Origin: Candidatus Fiminaster equi
Lineage (GTDB): Bacteria; Bacillota_I; Bacilli_A; RFN20; CAG-826
Direction of reading: 5' to 3'
Assembly: GCA_018064745.1 (NCBI GenBank)
Contig: JAGHUR010000011.1
Location: 6,137-70,136, forward strand
Length of the DNA: 64,000 nt
Shown: piece after piece, positions 9,874 to 21,361 of the stretch
Position numbering within the stretch: position 1 is the stretch's first letter
Layout of the letters: the number at the start of each line of letters is the position of its first letter
Position numbers and translations under genes: made by a program
The notes under the pieces: model-generated
Seen by the model: the letters and a program-made list of their open reading frames with translations, nothing else
Database searches by the model: none
Told to the model about the DNA's origin: nothing

Positions 9874-10831
9874 TTTCGTTTAATATTCTCTCTAATGATT
9901 CGCGTGTTGTTAATGCACTCGCGAGTTTATTTTTTGCTTTTTTCATGTCTGGATGACTGTTTAAAAATTTAGGAGCAATTCCACGTAAAACCATCATTGC
10001 GGTGTACTCACCTTTTTCCTCGATTAACATATCTGCTAAATCACGAATATATTGTATTGATTCTTCTAATGAAGAACTTTCAATTATAGAACCATCTTTA
10101 AAGTAAGAATCTATTTGCTTCACTAAGAAAGGGTTTCCAACACCTCCGCGGGCAACCATAACAGCATCAGCTTTGGTGCATTCTAAGGCCTTTATTGCGT
10201 CTTTTAGAGTGTAGATATCACCAGAGACAATTAGTGGAACTGACATTTCGTTACGGAAATCCTTTAAAAGTTCCCATCTTGGCTTTCCAGCATAACCTTG
10301 TCTTGTGGTTCTTGCATGAATTCCAATTGCTGCAACACCAGCATTTTCTAATGCCTTAACATTCTCTTTGAAATTTATTTCATCTTCGTTCCAACCGAGT
10401 CTTATTTTTGCGGTTACTGGAATTGGAGAATGTTTGCATATTTCTTTAAACATTTCTTCTAATTTCTTCGGATCTCTCAAGAGAGAAGAACCAGCACCAG
10501 TTTTGGTAACTTTTGGAGCAGGACACCCTAAATTGATATCAAAGATATCTATATTTGGATTATGTTTCAAAACAACATCCATTGCTTTGCAAATTGTTTC
10601 AGCAGAACTTCCAAATAATTGAATTGCAATAGGTCGTTCTTGCTCAGTTGATTTTAAATAATCAATTGTCTTTTGATTATCATAGATAAGACCGCAATCT
10701 GAAACCATTTCCGTTACAGTTAATGCAACGCCAAAAGGTTTCATAAAATTTCTGTAGCCTAAAGATGTGACTCCCGCCATAGGCGCCAAGACAACTTTGC
10801 CATTAATTTCAACGTTTCCAATTTTAAACAT
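9863..10831 (-). CDS. dusB: tRNA-dihydrouridine synthase
   Basis: 322 aa. TIM-barrel Dus motifs (VVLAPMAGVT, DINLGCP, conserved Cys). Lies upstream of ftsH as in the Bacillus dusB region. The 3' end overlaps the MBOAT gene by 11 nt, convergently. Confidence 0.85.
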   Translation of the reverse strand: MFKIGNVEINGKVVLAPMAGVTSLGYRNFMKPFGVALTVTEMVSDCGLIYDNQKTIDYLKSTEQERPIAIQLFGSSAETICKAMDVVLKHNPNIDIFDINLGCPAPKVTKTGAGSSLLRDPKKLEEMFKEICKHSPIPVTAKIRLGWNEDEINFKENVKALENAGVAAIGIHARTTRQGYAGKPRWELLKDFRNEMSVPLIVSGDIYTLKDAIKALECTKADAVMVARGGVGNPFLVKQIDSYFKDGSIIESSSLEESIQYIRDLADMLIEEKGEYTAMMVLRGIAPKFLNSHPDMKKAKNKLASALTTRESLERILNEIKI

Positions 10832-10864
10832 AAAAGTAAAAAGGGAGGTAAACCTCCCTATGAA

Positions 10865-12922
10865 TTATTCAGCTTTCTTTGCTGCTGGTTTTTTAGCAGG
10901 AGCCTTTTTGGCTGGGGCTTTCTTTGCTGCTGGTTTTTTCTCAACAGGTTTTGTTTCTTCAACAAGTGGTTGCTCTTCAACTTTTTTGCCAGCTAAGACA
11001 GCATCGATTTCTTCTGCAGTAATTGTTTCTTTTTCAAGAAGTGTTTCTGCAATTTTGATAACATCAGCTTTGTTAGCTTTAATAATGTCTTGAGCTTTCT
11101 TGTGAGCCTCATCGATAATCTTACGAACTTCTTGGTCAATTTCAAATGCAATTTGAGTAGAGAAATTCTTTTGTGTTGATGTGTAATCTCTTCCGAGGAA
11201 GACTGAGCCAGTATCCTTTTCATATTGAATTGGACCAAGTGAACTCATACCGTATTCAGTGACCATTGATCTTGCAATTTGTGTTGCAACTTCAATATCG
11301 TTTGAAGCGCCAGTTGTAACATCATCGAAGAAAATTTCTTCTGATGAACGTCCGCCCAAGAAACCAATAATTCTAGCTTCAAGCTCAGCTTTGCTGAGTA
11401 AGAATCTATCATCTTCTGGTGTCATTAAGACGTGACCACCAGTTCTTCCTCTAGGAATAATTGTGATTTTTTGAACTTTATCTGAATGAGGAAGTTTTAA
11501 ACCAATAATTGCATGGCCGGCTTCGTGGTAAGCAACACGTTTTCTTTCGTCTGCATTCATTCCTTTGGAATTCTTGGCTGGGCCTGCAATTCTTCTATCA
11601 ATTGCTTCGTCAACATCTTTGACTGAAATCATTTCTTCATTGTTGCGAACTGCAAGAATTGCCGCTTCATTCATGATATTTTCAATATCAGCACCTGAGA
11701 ATCCAACTGTTCTTTTTGCAAGTTGTGCAAAGTCGACTTTTGGATCAATAAGTTTATTTCTGGAGTGAACTTTAAAGATTGCTTCACGACCAGCTTTATC
11801 TGGTAAATTAACTGTGATTGTTCTATCAAAACGACCAGCTCTTAATAAGGCTGGATCAAGAACATCTTCACGGTTTGTTGCAGCAATAACAATAATGCCT
11901 GAATTATCTTCAAAACCATCCATTTCAACTAGAAGTTGATTGAGTGTTTGTTCTCGTTCATCGTTTCCGCCACCAAGACCAGCGCCTCTTTGACGTCCAA
12001 CAGCATCGATTTCATCGATAAATACTAAACATGGAGCAGATTGTTTTGCTTTTCTGAACATATCACGCACACGACCTGCACCAACGCCAACAAACATTTC
12101 GACAAAGTCGGAACCTGAAATTGAGAAGAATGGTACACCGGCTTCGCCTGCAACTGCTTTTGCAAGTAATGTCTTACCTGTACCTGGTTGACCTACGAGT
12201 AAGATACCTTTTGGAAGCTTTGCTCCAAACTTGGTATATTTTTGTGGGTTTTTAAGGTACTCAACAAGTTCGACCATTTCTGCTTTTTCTTCATCACACC
12301 CTGCAACATCGGCAAATTTGACTTTTGAACTGTCAATTTTACGTGCTCTTGAACGATTGAAATCTAAAGCTTTGTTATTAGAACCATTAACGGATCTTGA
12401 GAGCAATGAGAATAAAATAATTGCAATTAAGACGGTAACAATTATTGAAATAATTGATGGTCCCCATTGATCCCACCAAGAGACTTGGAATGCATAAACA
12501 TCTTTGATGTATGCTCTGTCTGCTTTATCTGGAAATGCAACTTTGTAATCATTAATTTCCTTTTCAAAGAGAGTTGAATATGCTGGGTGAGTTCCACCTT
12601 CTAATTCGAATTCGTGATTATATTTTTCGATATCAATAACGACATCAAATTGCTTTTCTCCATCATTTGGATTTGCAACCACATAAAATGTACCTGTGAT
12701 TTCAACTGTGGTTTCTTTGTTGTAAACTTCAGCAGTTACAACCTGGTTGTCTGCAAGAGCTTTATCTAGTGATCCTGCATCAGAATTCCACTTATAAACC
12801 TTAGCTGAGGTGGCTCTGACAATTAAAACTATAAAGGCTGCAATTGCTGCAATTATAATAAGATATGGGAGAATAACTCTTCCAAATCCTCTTCTTGGTT
12901 GTTGATTTTTATTTTCGTCCAT
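10865..12922 (-). CDS. ftsH: ATP-dependent zinc metalloprotease FtsH with Lys/Ala/Pro-rich C-terminal tail
   Basis: 685 aa. N-terminal TM. Walker [12 protein letters not shown]. Zn motif HEAGHA. Tail ...[23 protein letters not shown]. Confidence 0.92.
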   Translation of the reverse strand: MDENKNQQPRRGFGRVILPYLIIIAAIAAFIVLIVRATSAKVYKWNSDAGSLDKALADNQVVTAEVYNKETTVEITGTFYVVANPNDGEKQFDVVIDIEKYNHEFELEGGTHPAYSTLFEKEINDYKVAFPDKADRAYIKDVYAFQVSWWDQWGPSIISIIVTVLIAIILFSLLSRSVNGSNNKALDFNRSRARKIDSSKVKFADVAGCDEEKAEMVELVEYLKNPQKYTKFGAKLPKGILLVGQPGTGKTLLAKAVAGEAGVPFFSISGSDFVEMFVGVGAGRVRDMFRKAKQSAPCLVFIDEIDAVGRQRGAGLGGGNDEREQTLNQLLVEMDGFEDNSGIIVIAATNREDVLDPALLRAGRFDRTITVNLPDKAGREAIFKVHSRNKLIDPKVDFAQLAKRTVGFSGADIENIMNEAAILAVRNNEEMISVKDVDEAIDRRIAGPAKNSKGMNADERKRVAYHEAGHAIIGLKLPHSDKVQKITIIPRGRTGGHVLMTPEDDRFLLSKAELEARIIGFLGGRSSEEIFFDDVTTGASNDIEVATQIARSMVTEYGMSSLGPIQYEKDTGSVFLGRDYTSTQKNFSTQIAFEIDQEVRKIIDEAHKKAQDIIKANKADVIKIAETLLEKETITAEEIDAVLAGKKVEEQPLVEETKPVEKKPAAKKAPAKKAPAKKPAAKKAE

Positions 12923-13035
12923 AATTAATACCTCCGGGGTTATCTAAACAAATGTTTTCGCTAAAAATAATACCAAAACTAAATGTTTTGTAAACAATTT
13001 TGTAAATATATTTAATTTTATAATTTAAGAATGGG

Positions 13036-14250
13036 CTATTTATTCCTAATTTTAGTTAAATCGATTTTCAAAATAGATTTATGATTATCCACAAAATCTT
13101 TGCGGTATCTAGGAACATAAATTAACTCATTGTTTTTGTTATAAATTCCAGGCCACATCTTTCTAAGATGAGTTGGCATTTTCCAGTTAATAAATTGTCT
13201 TCTAACTTCAACAAAATAGTCCTTAACTTTTACTCTGTCTTTAGGGTTAACATTTCTCACAATTAGTGGAAAATCTTCATCTTTAATTCCGCGGTCTTCT
13301 GCTCCCATCGAAAAATCAATTTTTAGGAATTTATTCATTGCTTTTTTGTTAACTACAAGCTCATAAGCATAAAAATTCTCTAAATCAGTCACCTCAACAT
13401 CATCGTACATTTTGGAAAGGGTAACGTGTTCAGTAATTTTGAATGAAATATTTGCGTTTGTTGCGAAAGATTTTTGAATCTCCTCAATAAATTTTGCACT
13501 CAAGTCACGGTGTTCATTATGTTTGGTCATATAAAAATCGATGAATCTAACGATATTTTCATATGACATTTTTGCGAATTTTTTATAAGAAATTTTAGGG
13601 ACAAATTTTTGTTCAATTTTTTGCTTGTTTTTGAGTTCTAAAATAATGTTTTTTCGCTCTTCTTTTGTTAATTTTTCAACCACGCTGTGGCGAACCTTAT
13701 TTCTTGAGTAATGATCAGTAAGATTTGACTCATCAATTGAATAAGGAATTTTATTAGAAATATCGTACTCCAAAAGTTCTTGTTTTGAATAACCCAAAAG
13801 CGGTCTAATTACCTTGACACCTAAAATATTGTTTTCCTCGCGAATTCCCCAGTATTTCACTAGGTTTTTGCGATTTTTTTGCATTTTATAGGTTTCAATT
13901 ACATCGTCTTCTTGATGAGCTACAAGAACACCTATAGCATTATGTTTTTCAACTACATTTTTAAAGAATTTATAACGTGTTTCACGAGCCCATTCTTGGA
14001 AGTTTCCAGATACCTCTAAATTTGCTGTGTCCAACACCTCAATTTTGATATTATTTTCGTTACAAAACTTAGTCAAAGAAGCTTGTTCAAAATTTGAAAT
14101 ATCTCTTTTGTGATAATTGACGTGCGCAACAACAATTTTTAAGTGATTTTTTAGGGTTGCAGAAAGTAGGGCCATTGAATCTGGTCCGAAAGAGCAAGCA
14201 ACAACATATTTCTTGCTGTGGTCTAAGTCTAATTTTAGTTCCTTACTCAT
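13036..14250 (-). CDS. tilS: tRNA(Ile)-lysidine synthetase
   Basis: PP-loop ATPase motif (VVACSFGPDSMAL). Likely start is the ATG at 14248-14250 (MSKELKL), overlapping the mfd stop by 8 nt (ATGAGTAA). The ORF-track start at 14310 lies inside mfd. Confidence 0.8.
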   Translation of the reverse strand: MSKELKLDLDHSKKYVVACSFGPDSMALLSATLKNHLKIVVAHVNYHKRDISNFEQASLTKFCNENNIKIEVLDTANLEVSGNFQEWARETRYKFFKNVVEKHNAIGVLVAHQEDDVIETYKMQKNRKNLVKYWGIREENNILGVKVIRPLLGYSKQELLEYDISNKIPYSIDESNLTDHYSRNKVRHSVVEKLTKEERKNIILELKNKQKIEQKFVPKISYKKFAKMSYENIVRFIDFYMTKHNEHRDLSAKFIEEIQKSFATNANISFKITEHVTLSKMYDDVEVTDLENFYAYELVVNKKAMNKFLKIDFSMGAEDRGIKDEDFPLIVRNVNPKDRVKVKDYFVEVRRQFINWKMPTHLRKMWPGIYNKNNELIYVPRYRKDFVDNHKSILKIDLTKIRNK

Positions 14251-17200
14251 TTTTTCCCTTCTTATTATATTTTTTATAAAGTGTTGCAATACATTCAATA
14301 ATTGTTTCAAGATCTTTTATCCAATTGTCTAGCTTTTTAAGTCTGATTTTAAGAACTTTATTCAAATATGTTACTGAAATCTTTCCAAGATATGGTGTTA
14401 GTATCTCAAATAGGGCTGAACCAATACCTGAAATTGATGAAAATTTATCTGACAAAACAATCTCAATATCATTAGCATATTCATTAACATTTTCGAACTC
14501 TTCGTTGTTCATTAAAATATCGATTCTTCTCTTGTTAATTAACATCATAACTTCATGAGGAATTTTTCCATAAATATTGCGGATTTTAGCCTTTATTCCC
14601 TGCAATTCCTGGATATTTTGGGCATTTTCAAGTTCTTGATATAACTCGACTTTATCCTCTTTTACCATGTACACATCAGGTATGTAAGCATCAATTTTAA
14701 AGAGCTTAACTGGCTTAGGTGGCTCATATGCTTTTCCGGTCTTTTTCTCTTCAATAACTTCATTCAAAAGTTTGAGATACAATTCAAGACCAACTGAATC
14801 AATAAAACCAGCTTGTTCTGGTCCTAAAATATCGCCTGCACCACGAATCATAAGGTCTCTTTGTGCAATTTTATATCCAGAGCCCAATTGAGCAAAATCT
14901 TGAATGGCTTTTAGTCTCTTTTGAGCTGTTTTGTTAATATTTTTCTGCTCACTATAAAACAAATAAGCATAAGCAATACGATTTCCGCGTCCAACTCTTC
15001 CTTTAATTTGATAAAGTTGCGATAATCCAAAGCGATCAGCATTCTCAACGATGATTAAATTGGCATTTGGAATATCGATTCCGTTCTCGATAATAGATGT
15101 TGCAACCAATACATTTATTTCGCCAGAATAGAATCTCATCATAACGTCTTCTATTTCGTCTTTTGACATCTGTCCATGAACAACTCCAACGCTTGCTGAA
15201 GGTATTTGTCTTTGAATTTTGTTTGCAACTAAATGAATCGAAGAAACTACATTATGTATGTAAAAAACCTGGCCTTTTCGCGTTAATTCTCGTTCAATTA
15301 ACTCTCTGCACACACCTTCATTAAATGGTGCAACATAGGTTTGAATTGATGATCTATTTTCTGGTGGTGTGTTAATTTGAGAGACTGGTCTAACACCAAT
15401 TAAAGATAGTTGTAAAGTGCGTGGAATTGGGGTTGCAGAAAGAGATAAAACATCAATATTTGACTTCATCTCTTTAATTCTTTCTTTTTGTTCAACACCA
15501 AATCTTTGTTCTTCATCAACAATAAGTAATCCAAGGTCTTTAAATGAAAAATCTTTACTTAATAAACGGTGAGTTCCGATAACTAAGTGAATTTTTCCTT
15601 CTTTTATATCCTTAATATATTCTTTTTGTTGTTTTTCAGAGACTAGTCTCGAAATAATGGCAATATTAACTCCAAAATTTCTAAATCTTTCACATGCAAG
15701 TTCATAATGCTGTCTAGCAAGTAGTGTAGTTGGGCACAATATTGCAACTTGCTTTCCTGATGAAATAGCTTTAAAGACTGCTCTAAATGCAACTTCGGTT
15801 TTACCGAAGCCTACATCACCGCAAAGAAGTCTATCCATTACATCATCAGATTCCATATCTTTTTTAATATCAATTACAGCCTGTTGTTGATCGTAAGTTA
15901 ATTGATACGGGAATTCTTTTTCAAATGCTTCTTGAATTTCATCATCAGGCATAAAGGCAAAGCCTTTGCCGTGCGCTCTTTCGCTGTATAAAGCATACAA
16001 TCTATCTGCTAATTCATTAATTCTTGTCTTAATCTTTGATTTAGTCTTTTCCCACTCATCAGAATTTAAACTTGATAGTTTCGGTTCAGCACCTTCTCTA
16101 CCAGAGTATTTACGTAGTAATCTAAATTGAGTTAAAGGAATGTATAAAGTGCTTGTTCCAGAGTATTGAACATGAATAAAGTCTCTATGAATACCATCGA
16201 CCTCTATAGTTTGAATATCTAAGAATTTACCTATTCCATAATATTCATGTACAACAAAGTCTCCTGGTCTCAATTCTTCATAATTTCTTAAGATTGTAGC
16301 TTCCTTAAACCTATTCAAAAATCTAGAAGATCTATTTTGAAAGCCAAAAAGTTCTTTTGATGATACAAAAACTATTTTTTCATCAGGTAATTCAAATCCT
16401 TCTTCAAGAGAAAAGATCGTCACTCCAATTTTCTTATTTGGAATCTCTAATCCTTTCAATGCATCATAAGGAATCTTCTCAGATTTTAAGAATTCAACAA
16501 CTGTTTCGTATTGCTGTTTGTTAGACAATGCGAGAACTATTTTTTGAGATGTTGAAAGGTACTGATTTAAGATAATTGAAAGGTTAGAAGAATTAGCTTT
16601 TGAGAAAATAATCGGATTGGTTTTAAACTCAATTTGTTCGAGATTTTCACGGAAATTACTGGAGAAAATGAGGTATTTTTCAAATTTTAAGACATCGTTA
16701 ACATCATTATATAGTTCAAGATGTGTGATCAATTTTCCATCTTCGTTAAGTGATGAAAAGTAGTTCTTTGCTTCCTTAATTAAAAACTCAATTGTGGTAT
16801 CAAATTGATTCTTGTTAGATATAAATGTTAAGTCAGCTTTGAAGTAATCACAAATTGAATTAGTAAAGTGTTTTACATACCTTGTGTATTTGTATAAATG
16901 CGGATGATAAACACGTTCTTGGATGTGTTCAAAATCCCTATTTGCATTTTGCTCAAGATAAGCACCTAATTCTGGAATTAAATTGCGTTTATCTTTTGCG
17001 ATTTGTGCATCTAAATTCTTTTTGAATTCTTCAATTTCTAAATCTGTAAATAAAACATCGTTTGCAGGTTCAAATTTTATTGAGTCAATCTCCTTAAATG
17101 AGGTTTGCTTAGCTATGCTAAAATATGAAATTGACTCAATAGTATCGCCAAAGAATTCAATTCTGATTGGATTATCTTGTGAAACAGGATAAATGTCTAA

Positions 17201-17725
17201 AATATCACCACGAGATGCAAATTGAAGAGTTTGATCTATTTTATTAACTTGTTCATATCCTGCCTGCACTAATTTTTTCTTGGTTTCTGCTAAGTTATAT
17301 TCTTTTCCTTTTTCAAAGTAAAATGTGTTTGATAAAAAGTCGCTAACTGTTGGTAGCGGTGTAATCAACGCTGAGGCATGAGTAACAATGATTTTTGGCT
17401 TATCCTCTAATGCTTTTGTTAAGACATAAAGTCTTTGAGCTAATAATTCCTTTGATGAAGTTAAGCTTTCATTTCTTAACATGTCATCAACCGGGAATAG
17501 ATAAACATTATCTTCTCCAATGAGGGAAGCAATTACGTCAGAGACCTTTTGTGCATTGTATAAATTTGATGTTAATAATAGGTATTTCCCAGGTTTTTTG
17601 TGGAAAACTCCCGCGAAAAGTAGGGAGATTCCAATAGTATCATCAACGACAAAATTCCCACTTTTCGTTAAGAGGTGGGTAGCAGCTTCAGTGTTGGAAA
17701 TCAGTTTTAAGAGTTCATCATTCAA
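14243..17725 (-). CDS. mfd: transcription-repair coupling factor
   Basis: 1160 aa. UvrB-homology N-terminus, RNAP-interacting domain, SF2 helicase motifs (GDVGFGKTEVA, LLIVDEEQRFG), TRG motif. Confidence 0.92.
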   Translation of the reverse strand: MNDELLKLISNTEAATHLLTKSGNFVVDDTIGISLLFAGVFHKKPGKYLLLTSNLYNAQKVSDVIASLIGEDNVYLFPVDDMLRNESLTSSKELLAQRLYVLTKALEDKPKIIVTHASALITPLPTVSDFLSNTFYFEKGKEYNLAETKKKLVQAGYEQVNKIDQTLQFASRGDILDIYPVSQDNPIRIEFFGDTIESISYFSIAKQTSFKEIDSIKFEPANDVLFTDLEIEEFKKNLDAQIAKDKRNLIPELGAYLEQNANRDFEHIQERVYHPHLYKYTRYVKHFTNSICDYFKADLTFISNKNQFDTTIEFLIKEAKNYFSSLNEDGKLITHLELYNDVNDVLKFEKYLIFSSNFRENLEQIEFKTNPIIFSKANSSNLSIILNQYLSTSQKIVLALSNKQQYETVVEFLKSEKIPYDALKGLEIPNKKIGVTIFSLEEGFELPDEKIVFVSSKELFGFQNRSSRFLNRFKEATILRNYEELRPGDFVVHEYYGIGKFLDIQTIEVDGIHRDFIHVQYSGTSTLYIPLTQFRLLRKYSGREGAEPKLSSLNSDEWEKTKSKIKTRINELADRLYALYSERAHGKGFAFMPDDEIQEAFEKEFPYQLTYDQQQAVIDIKKDMESDDVMDRLLCGDVGFGKTEVAFRAVFKAISSGKQVAILCPTTLLARQHYELACERFRNFGVNIAIISRLVSEKQQKEYIKDIKEGKIHLVIGTHRLLSKDFSFKDLGLLIVDEEQRFGVEQKERIKEMKSNIDVLSLSATPIPRTLQLSLIGVRPVSQINTPPENRSSIQTYVAPFNEGVCRELIERELTRKGQVFYIHNVVSSIHLVANKIQRQIPSASVGVVHGQMSKDEIEDVMMRFYSGEINVLVATSIIENGIDIPNANLIIVENADRFGLSQLYQIKGRVGRGNRIAYAYLFYSEQKNINKTAQKRLKAIQDFAQLGSGYKIAQRDLMIRGAGDILGPEQAGFIDSVGLELYLKLLNEVIEEKKTGKAYEPPKPVKLFKIDAYIPDVYMVKEDKVELYQELENAQNIQELQGIKAKIRNIYGKIPHEVMMLINKRRIDILMNNEEFENVNEYANDIEIVLSDKFSSISGIGSALFEILTPYLGKISVTYLNKVLKIRLKKLDNWIKDLETIIECIATLYKKYNKKGKNE

Positions 17726-18288
17726 CTATTACCACCTCCATTAAATTTTGACATTGCGTTTTGAAAATCGTTTATCAAAAATTCGCGTATAGCTTTTGTT
17801 GCGCGTTCTATTGCAGAGTCTATTTTTTCTTTTTCTTCACCTCTAGGTTCACCTAAAACGTGTTTGATTGGATCATATTTTGGTTCGCCAATACCAACGC
17901 GAATGCGTTTAATGTTTTCGGTTGAAAGATATTTAATAATATTTTCCATTCCTTTTTGGCCGCCGCTTGACCCACTTGCTCTTAACCTAAGATTACCTGG
18001 TTCAATAGCCATATCGTCATAGACGATTAAGATATCTTCTCTATGAATTTTAAAAAATTTAACAATCTCGTAAACTGCTAATCCTGATCCGTTCATCATT
18101 GTTAATGGTTTAAATAAAATGATATCTTCATCTTCAAATTTGAATCTTCCATAGACACCATGAAAATCTTCTTTATCGATGTCAACTGAAGTTGCATCAG
18201 CAAAAGCATCTACAACACGAAAACCACAATTGTGACGTGTCATTGCGTATTCTTTTCCTGGATTACCTAAACCAACAATAAGTTTCAT
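17722..18288 (-). CDS. pth: peptidyl-tRNA hydrolase
   Basis: 188 aa; MKLIVGLGNPGKEY...HNCGF signature. Overlaps the mfd start by 4 nt. Confidence 0.9.
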   Translation of the reverse strand: MKLIVGLGNPGKEYAMTRHNCGFRVVDAFADATSVDIDKEDFHGVYGRFKFEDEDIILFKPLTMMNGSGLAVYEIVKFFKIHREDILIVYDDMAIEPGNLRLRASGSSGGQKGMENIIKYLSTENIKRIRVGIGEPKYDPIKHVLGEPRGEEKEKIDSAIERATKAIREFLINDFQNAMSKFNGGGNS

Positions 18289-18330
18289 AATTGCATTTGA
18301 TTATATCACAACACATTATATTATGCTAAA

Positions 18331-19248
18331 ATGTTTCACATGAAAAAGAAATTGCCTACACCAATTAAGGATGGATTAATCGGCCTAGCTTTCGGTACAG
18401 GAATGATTATTCCGGGAATTGCTGGTGGCACTGTATTACTGATCTTTAGAGCATTCAAAAAGGTAGTTGGTGCAGTCGCTAATTTATTCAGCAAAAATTT
18501 TGGCCGCAATTTTCTTATTTTGTTGCCATTTGGAGTTGGTGCAATCTTATCATTTGCTGCATTAGTCATTCCATTAAACTTAGCAATGGAATATTGCATG
18601 TTTGCAATCATTTGTTTGTTTGCTGGGTTGGTCATTGGATCACTTCCTGGAGTTACTGATAATGTTAAAGACGAACCACGCAAAAAATCTTACATTTTAT
18701 CATTTGGAATTTTCTTCTTAATAACTGCATTTGTTGGGGTTTTCTCGGTGATTTTCCCTACAATTTCCTGGATAAATGACATTTTTAGAGATGTTCCAAC
18801 ATATCTTTATTTCATTATGATTGGGGTTGGATTTTTTGCAGCTGCAGGCTTAGTTATTCCTGGATTTTCTGGTTCGCTTTTATTGGTTGCAATTTGTTTC
18901 TATCAGCCTATTCTTGAATTGTTTAAATTTAAAAATGTTGGAGCCAGTTTTGGCCTAATATTCTCATTCTTAGTTGGAGCAATTCTTGGTTTTGTTATTT
19001 TCTCAAAATTAATGAACTATTTTCTTGCTAAACATAGAGTTGGAACATACTATGCTGCAATCGGAATGATTGTTGGCTCATTAATCTCAATTTTTGTTAA
19101 CTCCAAAATGTTTGATTACTGTAAGAGTTCATCATTTGGTCTTGTGGATCAAATATTAGGACCAATCCTATTTGTTTTAGCTATAATTGGTAGTTACATG
19201 ATTGTCCGCTATCTAAGAACACATAAGGAACCTAAAGAAAATGCCTAG
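18331..19248 (+). CDS. DUF368-like polytopic membrane protein (putative polyprenyl-phosphate transporter family)
   Basis: 305 aa, about 8 TM. Internal duplication with PGIAGGT / PGFSGSL motifs reminiscent of the DUF368 repeat. Confidence 0.45.
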   Translation: MFHMKKKLPTPIKDGLIGLAFGTGMIIPGIAGGTVLLIFRAFKKVVGAVANLFSKNFGRNFLILLPFGVGAILSFAALVIPLNLAMEYCMFAIICLFAGLVIGSLPGVTDNVKDEPRKKSYILSFGIFFLITAFVGVFSVIFPTISWINDIFRDVPTYLYFIMIGVGFFAAAGLVIPGFSGSLLLVAICFYQPILELFKFKNVGASFGLIFSFLVGAILGFVIFSKLMNYFLAKHRVGTYYAAIGMIVGSLISIFVNSKMFDYCKSSSFGLVDQILGPILFVLAIIGSYMIVRYLRTHKEPKENA

Positions 19249-19807
19249 AACCAGAGAACAATTTTCTGAAATGAAAGACGAGAGATTAAACTCGATTTTA
19301 AGTGCTGCTCTCCCACTCTTTTCCTTGTATGGCAAAAAGGTTTCAATTGATGCAATTTCTAGCAAAGCAAAATGCTCTCATGGAATTGTATATCATTACT
19401 TCAAAAATTCAGATGAAATTTATCAAAAATTGCTTACAAGTTCAACTTATGTTGAATTAAACAATAGATTATTAATGATAACAGAAGGTTCGAGTTATGA
19501 AAAAATTGAAGAAATTATTTCAGTTTTGCTTGATGTTTCTGAAGCAAAATTCGAGAACGTTTGTTATTTAAATATCATCATTAAAAATAGAGATAAAAAT
19601 TCTTTGTTTTTTAAGCTTGCAAGACTCGTAAAAGAAGGACAAAATTCCGGCAAAGTTATTGCTGGTATTCCTGAAGAAGTAGTCAATACTTTATTCTTTG
19701 TCTTTAAGGGCATTTACCTTTCTTTTATACAAGAAAAGCACCCTGATATTAAGGTGCCTTCTTTAGAAAGTGTAATGCAATTGATTCGTAAACCAATTTT
19801 ATTTTAA
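19241..19807 (+). CDS. TetR/AcrR-family transcriptional regulator
   Basis: 188 aa; N-terminal HTH SIDAISSKAKCSHGIVYHYFKNSDEIY. Overlaps the upstream membrane-protein gene by 8 nt. Confidence 0.7.
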   Translation: MPRTREQFSEMKDERLNSILSAALPLFSLYGKKVSIDAISSKAKCSHGIVYHYFKNSDEIYQKLLTSSTYVELNNRLLMITEGSSYEKIEEIISVLLDVSEAKFENVCYLNIIIKNRDKNSLFFKLARLVKEGQNSGKVIAGIPEEVVNTLFFVFKGIYLSFIQEKHPDIKVPSLESVMQLIRKPILF

Positions 19808-21361
19808 ATATTTATCATCAAATTGCTTGATGTCTTTATAGACACCTTTTAAGTTTGGATACATCTTCATGTACGCATGCTCATAAAGGTATTTATATTT
19901 TTCAACATTTTCAGGATTTGGAATAAATTCCACACTTTGGTGAACCATTGCTTCAGCAGCTTCTTCTTTTGATTTAAATTCACCTGCTGCAATAAAACCA
20001 GCCATAGCACAACCTAATGTTGAACATTCAAATGATTGAATTCTTGAAACTGGTCTGTTAAATATATCTGCGGTAATTTGGCAAATAACATCACTTTGTG
20101 ATCCACCACCTGAAATTCTAATTTTTTCAACCTTGTGGTGAAGGCGTTTTGTTTCAAATAAGTCGAGGCCTTCTTTTAAGCAATAACCAATACCTTCAAT
20201 GATTGCGCGATACATGTGAATTTTTGAGTGGACATCACTAAAACCAATGATTGCGCCTTTGGCGAGTGGTCTTCTTAAGCCTGGTCCCCAGTATGGTTGA
20301 AGAACTAGTCCATCAGATCCTGGAGCAACCTTTGCCATTTCATCATTAAATTCTTGAATCATGCCTCTGTTTACAACAATTTCTTCAACTGTTGGGCCTT
20401 GGCAACCAAATTGTTTAATAAACCAATTTAACATCCAATAACCACGATAGACTTGAACGTCCATATCATAACCACTGACAATATCAGGGTATGATGGAAG
20501 GAACGGCTCAGCAGATTTATATTTCTTAATAGGAACTTCAATTGAACAAGCTGTTCCATAGGAAACTGCTGCCATTTTATCATTAACAACACCTAGTCCA
20601 AGTGTTTCTGCTGATTTATCTGAACCACCTGCAAACATTTTCATTCCTTCTGGGAGTCCAGTTGTTTCGGCAGCTTCTTTTGAAATGGTTCCCATTACAT
20701 CGCCAGCCTTAACTAATTTACATAATTTTTTACCTGGAACACCAAAAACTTGGCCTTTCAAGTGATTGTCTTTTTTATACCATTCACCTTTCTTAAAATC
20801 GATAGGTAAATGACCAGCTTGGCATGATGCGCAATCGATGTATTCTCCAAGTAATTTTGAAGTAATATATGTGGAAATCATCATGAATTTCGCTGTATTT
20901 TCCCAAATATCTGGTTGATTTTCTTTTAACCAAACTCCCATTGATCTCTTGCGGTTAAGCTCAATAGTTGGGCCCATTCCAACGAGCTTAAAAATAGCTC
21001 TTGAAAGGGCAGGGAGTTTTTCTTTTCCTTCTGCTCTTCTTTCGTCTAACCAAAGAATTGCAGGACGTAATGGTTTGAAATTTTCATCACAACAGACAAC
21101 AGAATCTCTAAAGAAACACATAGAGATACCAAGGACATCACTCAATAAATCAGAATTATTTTGAACAATTTTCTTAGTACATGTACAAAGAGAATTGAAG
21201 TAATAATCTGGGTCTTGTTCAGCATAGCCAACAACTGGTGAGTTGTATGCTGGTTCATACTTAACTCTTTCCATTGCGACTATGTCGCCTTTTTTATTTA
21301 CGAGTCCAACACGGACTGATTGCGTACCAAAATCTATGGTAAGAATGAGTGGTTCTTTCAT
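19799..21361 (-). CDS. FGGY-family carbohydrate kinase (pentulose/hexulose kinase-like)
   Basis: 520 aa. N-terminal LTIDFGTQSVRVGLV actin-fold motif. GGGSQS-type second motif (ISGGGSQSDV). Confidence 0.8.
   Translation of the reverse strand: MKEPLILTIDFGTQSVRVGLVNKKGDIVAMERVKYEPAYNSPVVGYAEQDPDYYFNSLCTCTKKIVQNNSDLLSDVLGISMCFFRDSVVCCDENFKPLRPAILWLDERRAEGKEKLPALSRAIFKLVGMGPTIELNRKRSMGVWLKENQPDIWENTAKFMMISTYITSKLLGEYIDCASCQAGHLPIDFKKGEWYKKDNHLKGQVFGVPGKKLCKLVKAGDVMGTISKEAAETTGLPEGMKMFAGGSDKSAETLGLGVVNDKMAAVSYGTACSIEVPIKKYKSAEPFLPSYPDIVSGYDMDVQVYRGYWMLNWFIKQFGCQGPTVEEIVVNRGMIQEFNDEMAKVAPGSDGLVLQPYWGPGLRRPLAKGAIIGFSDVHSKIHMYRAIIEGIGYCLKEGLDLFETKRLHHKVEKIRISGGGSQSDVICQITADIFNRPVSRIQSFECSTLGCAMAGFIAAGEFKSKEEAAEAMVHQSVEFIPNPENVEKYKYLYEHAYMKMYPNLKGVYKDIKQFDDKYLK

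Noticed and set aside
10767-11238. Plus-strand 108-aa and minus-strand 81-aa ORFs at the ftsH 3' end
   Set aside because: Artefacts of the low-complexity KKPAA repeat tract in the FtsH tail.
14251-14310. N-terminal extension of tilS overlapping mfd by 68 nt
   Set aside because: The ATG at 14248-14250 gives an 8-nt coupled overlap with the mfd stop, which is more plausible.
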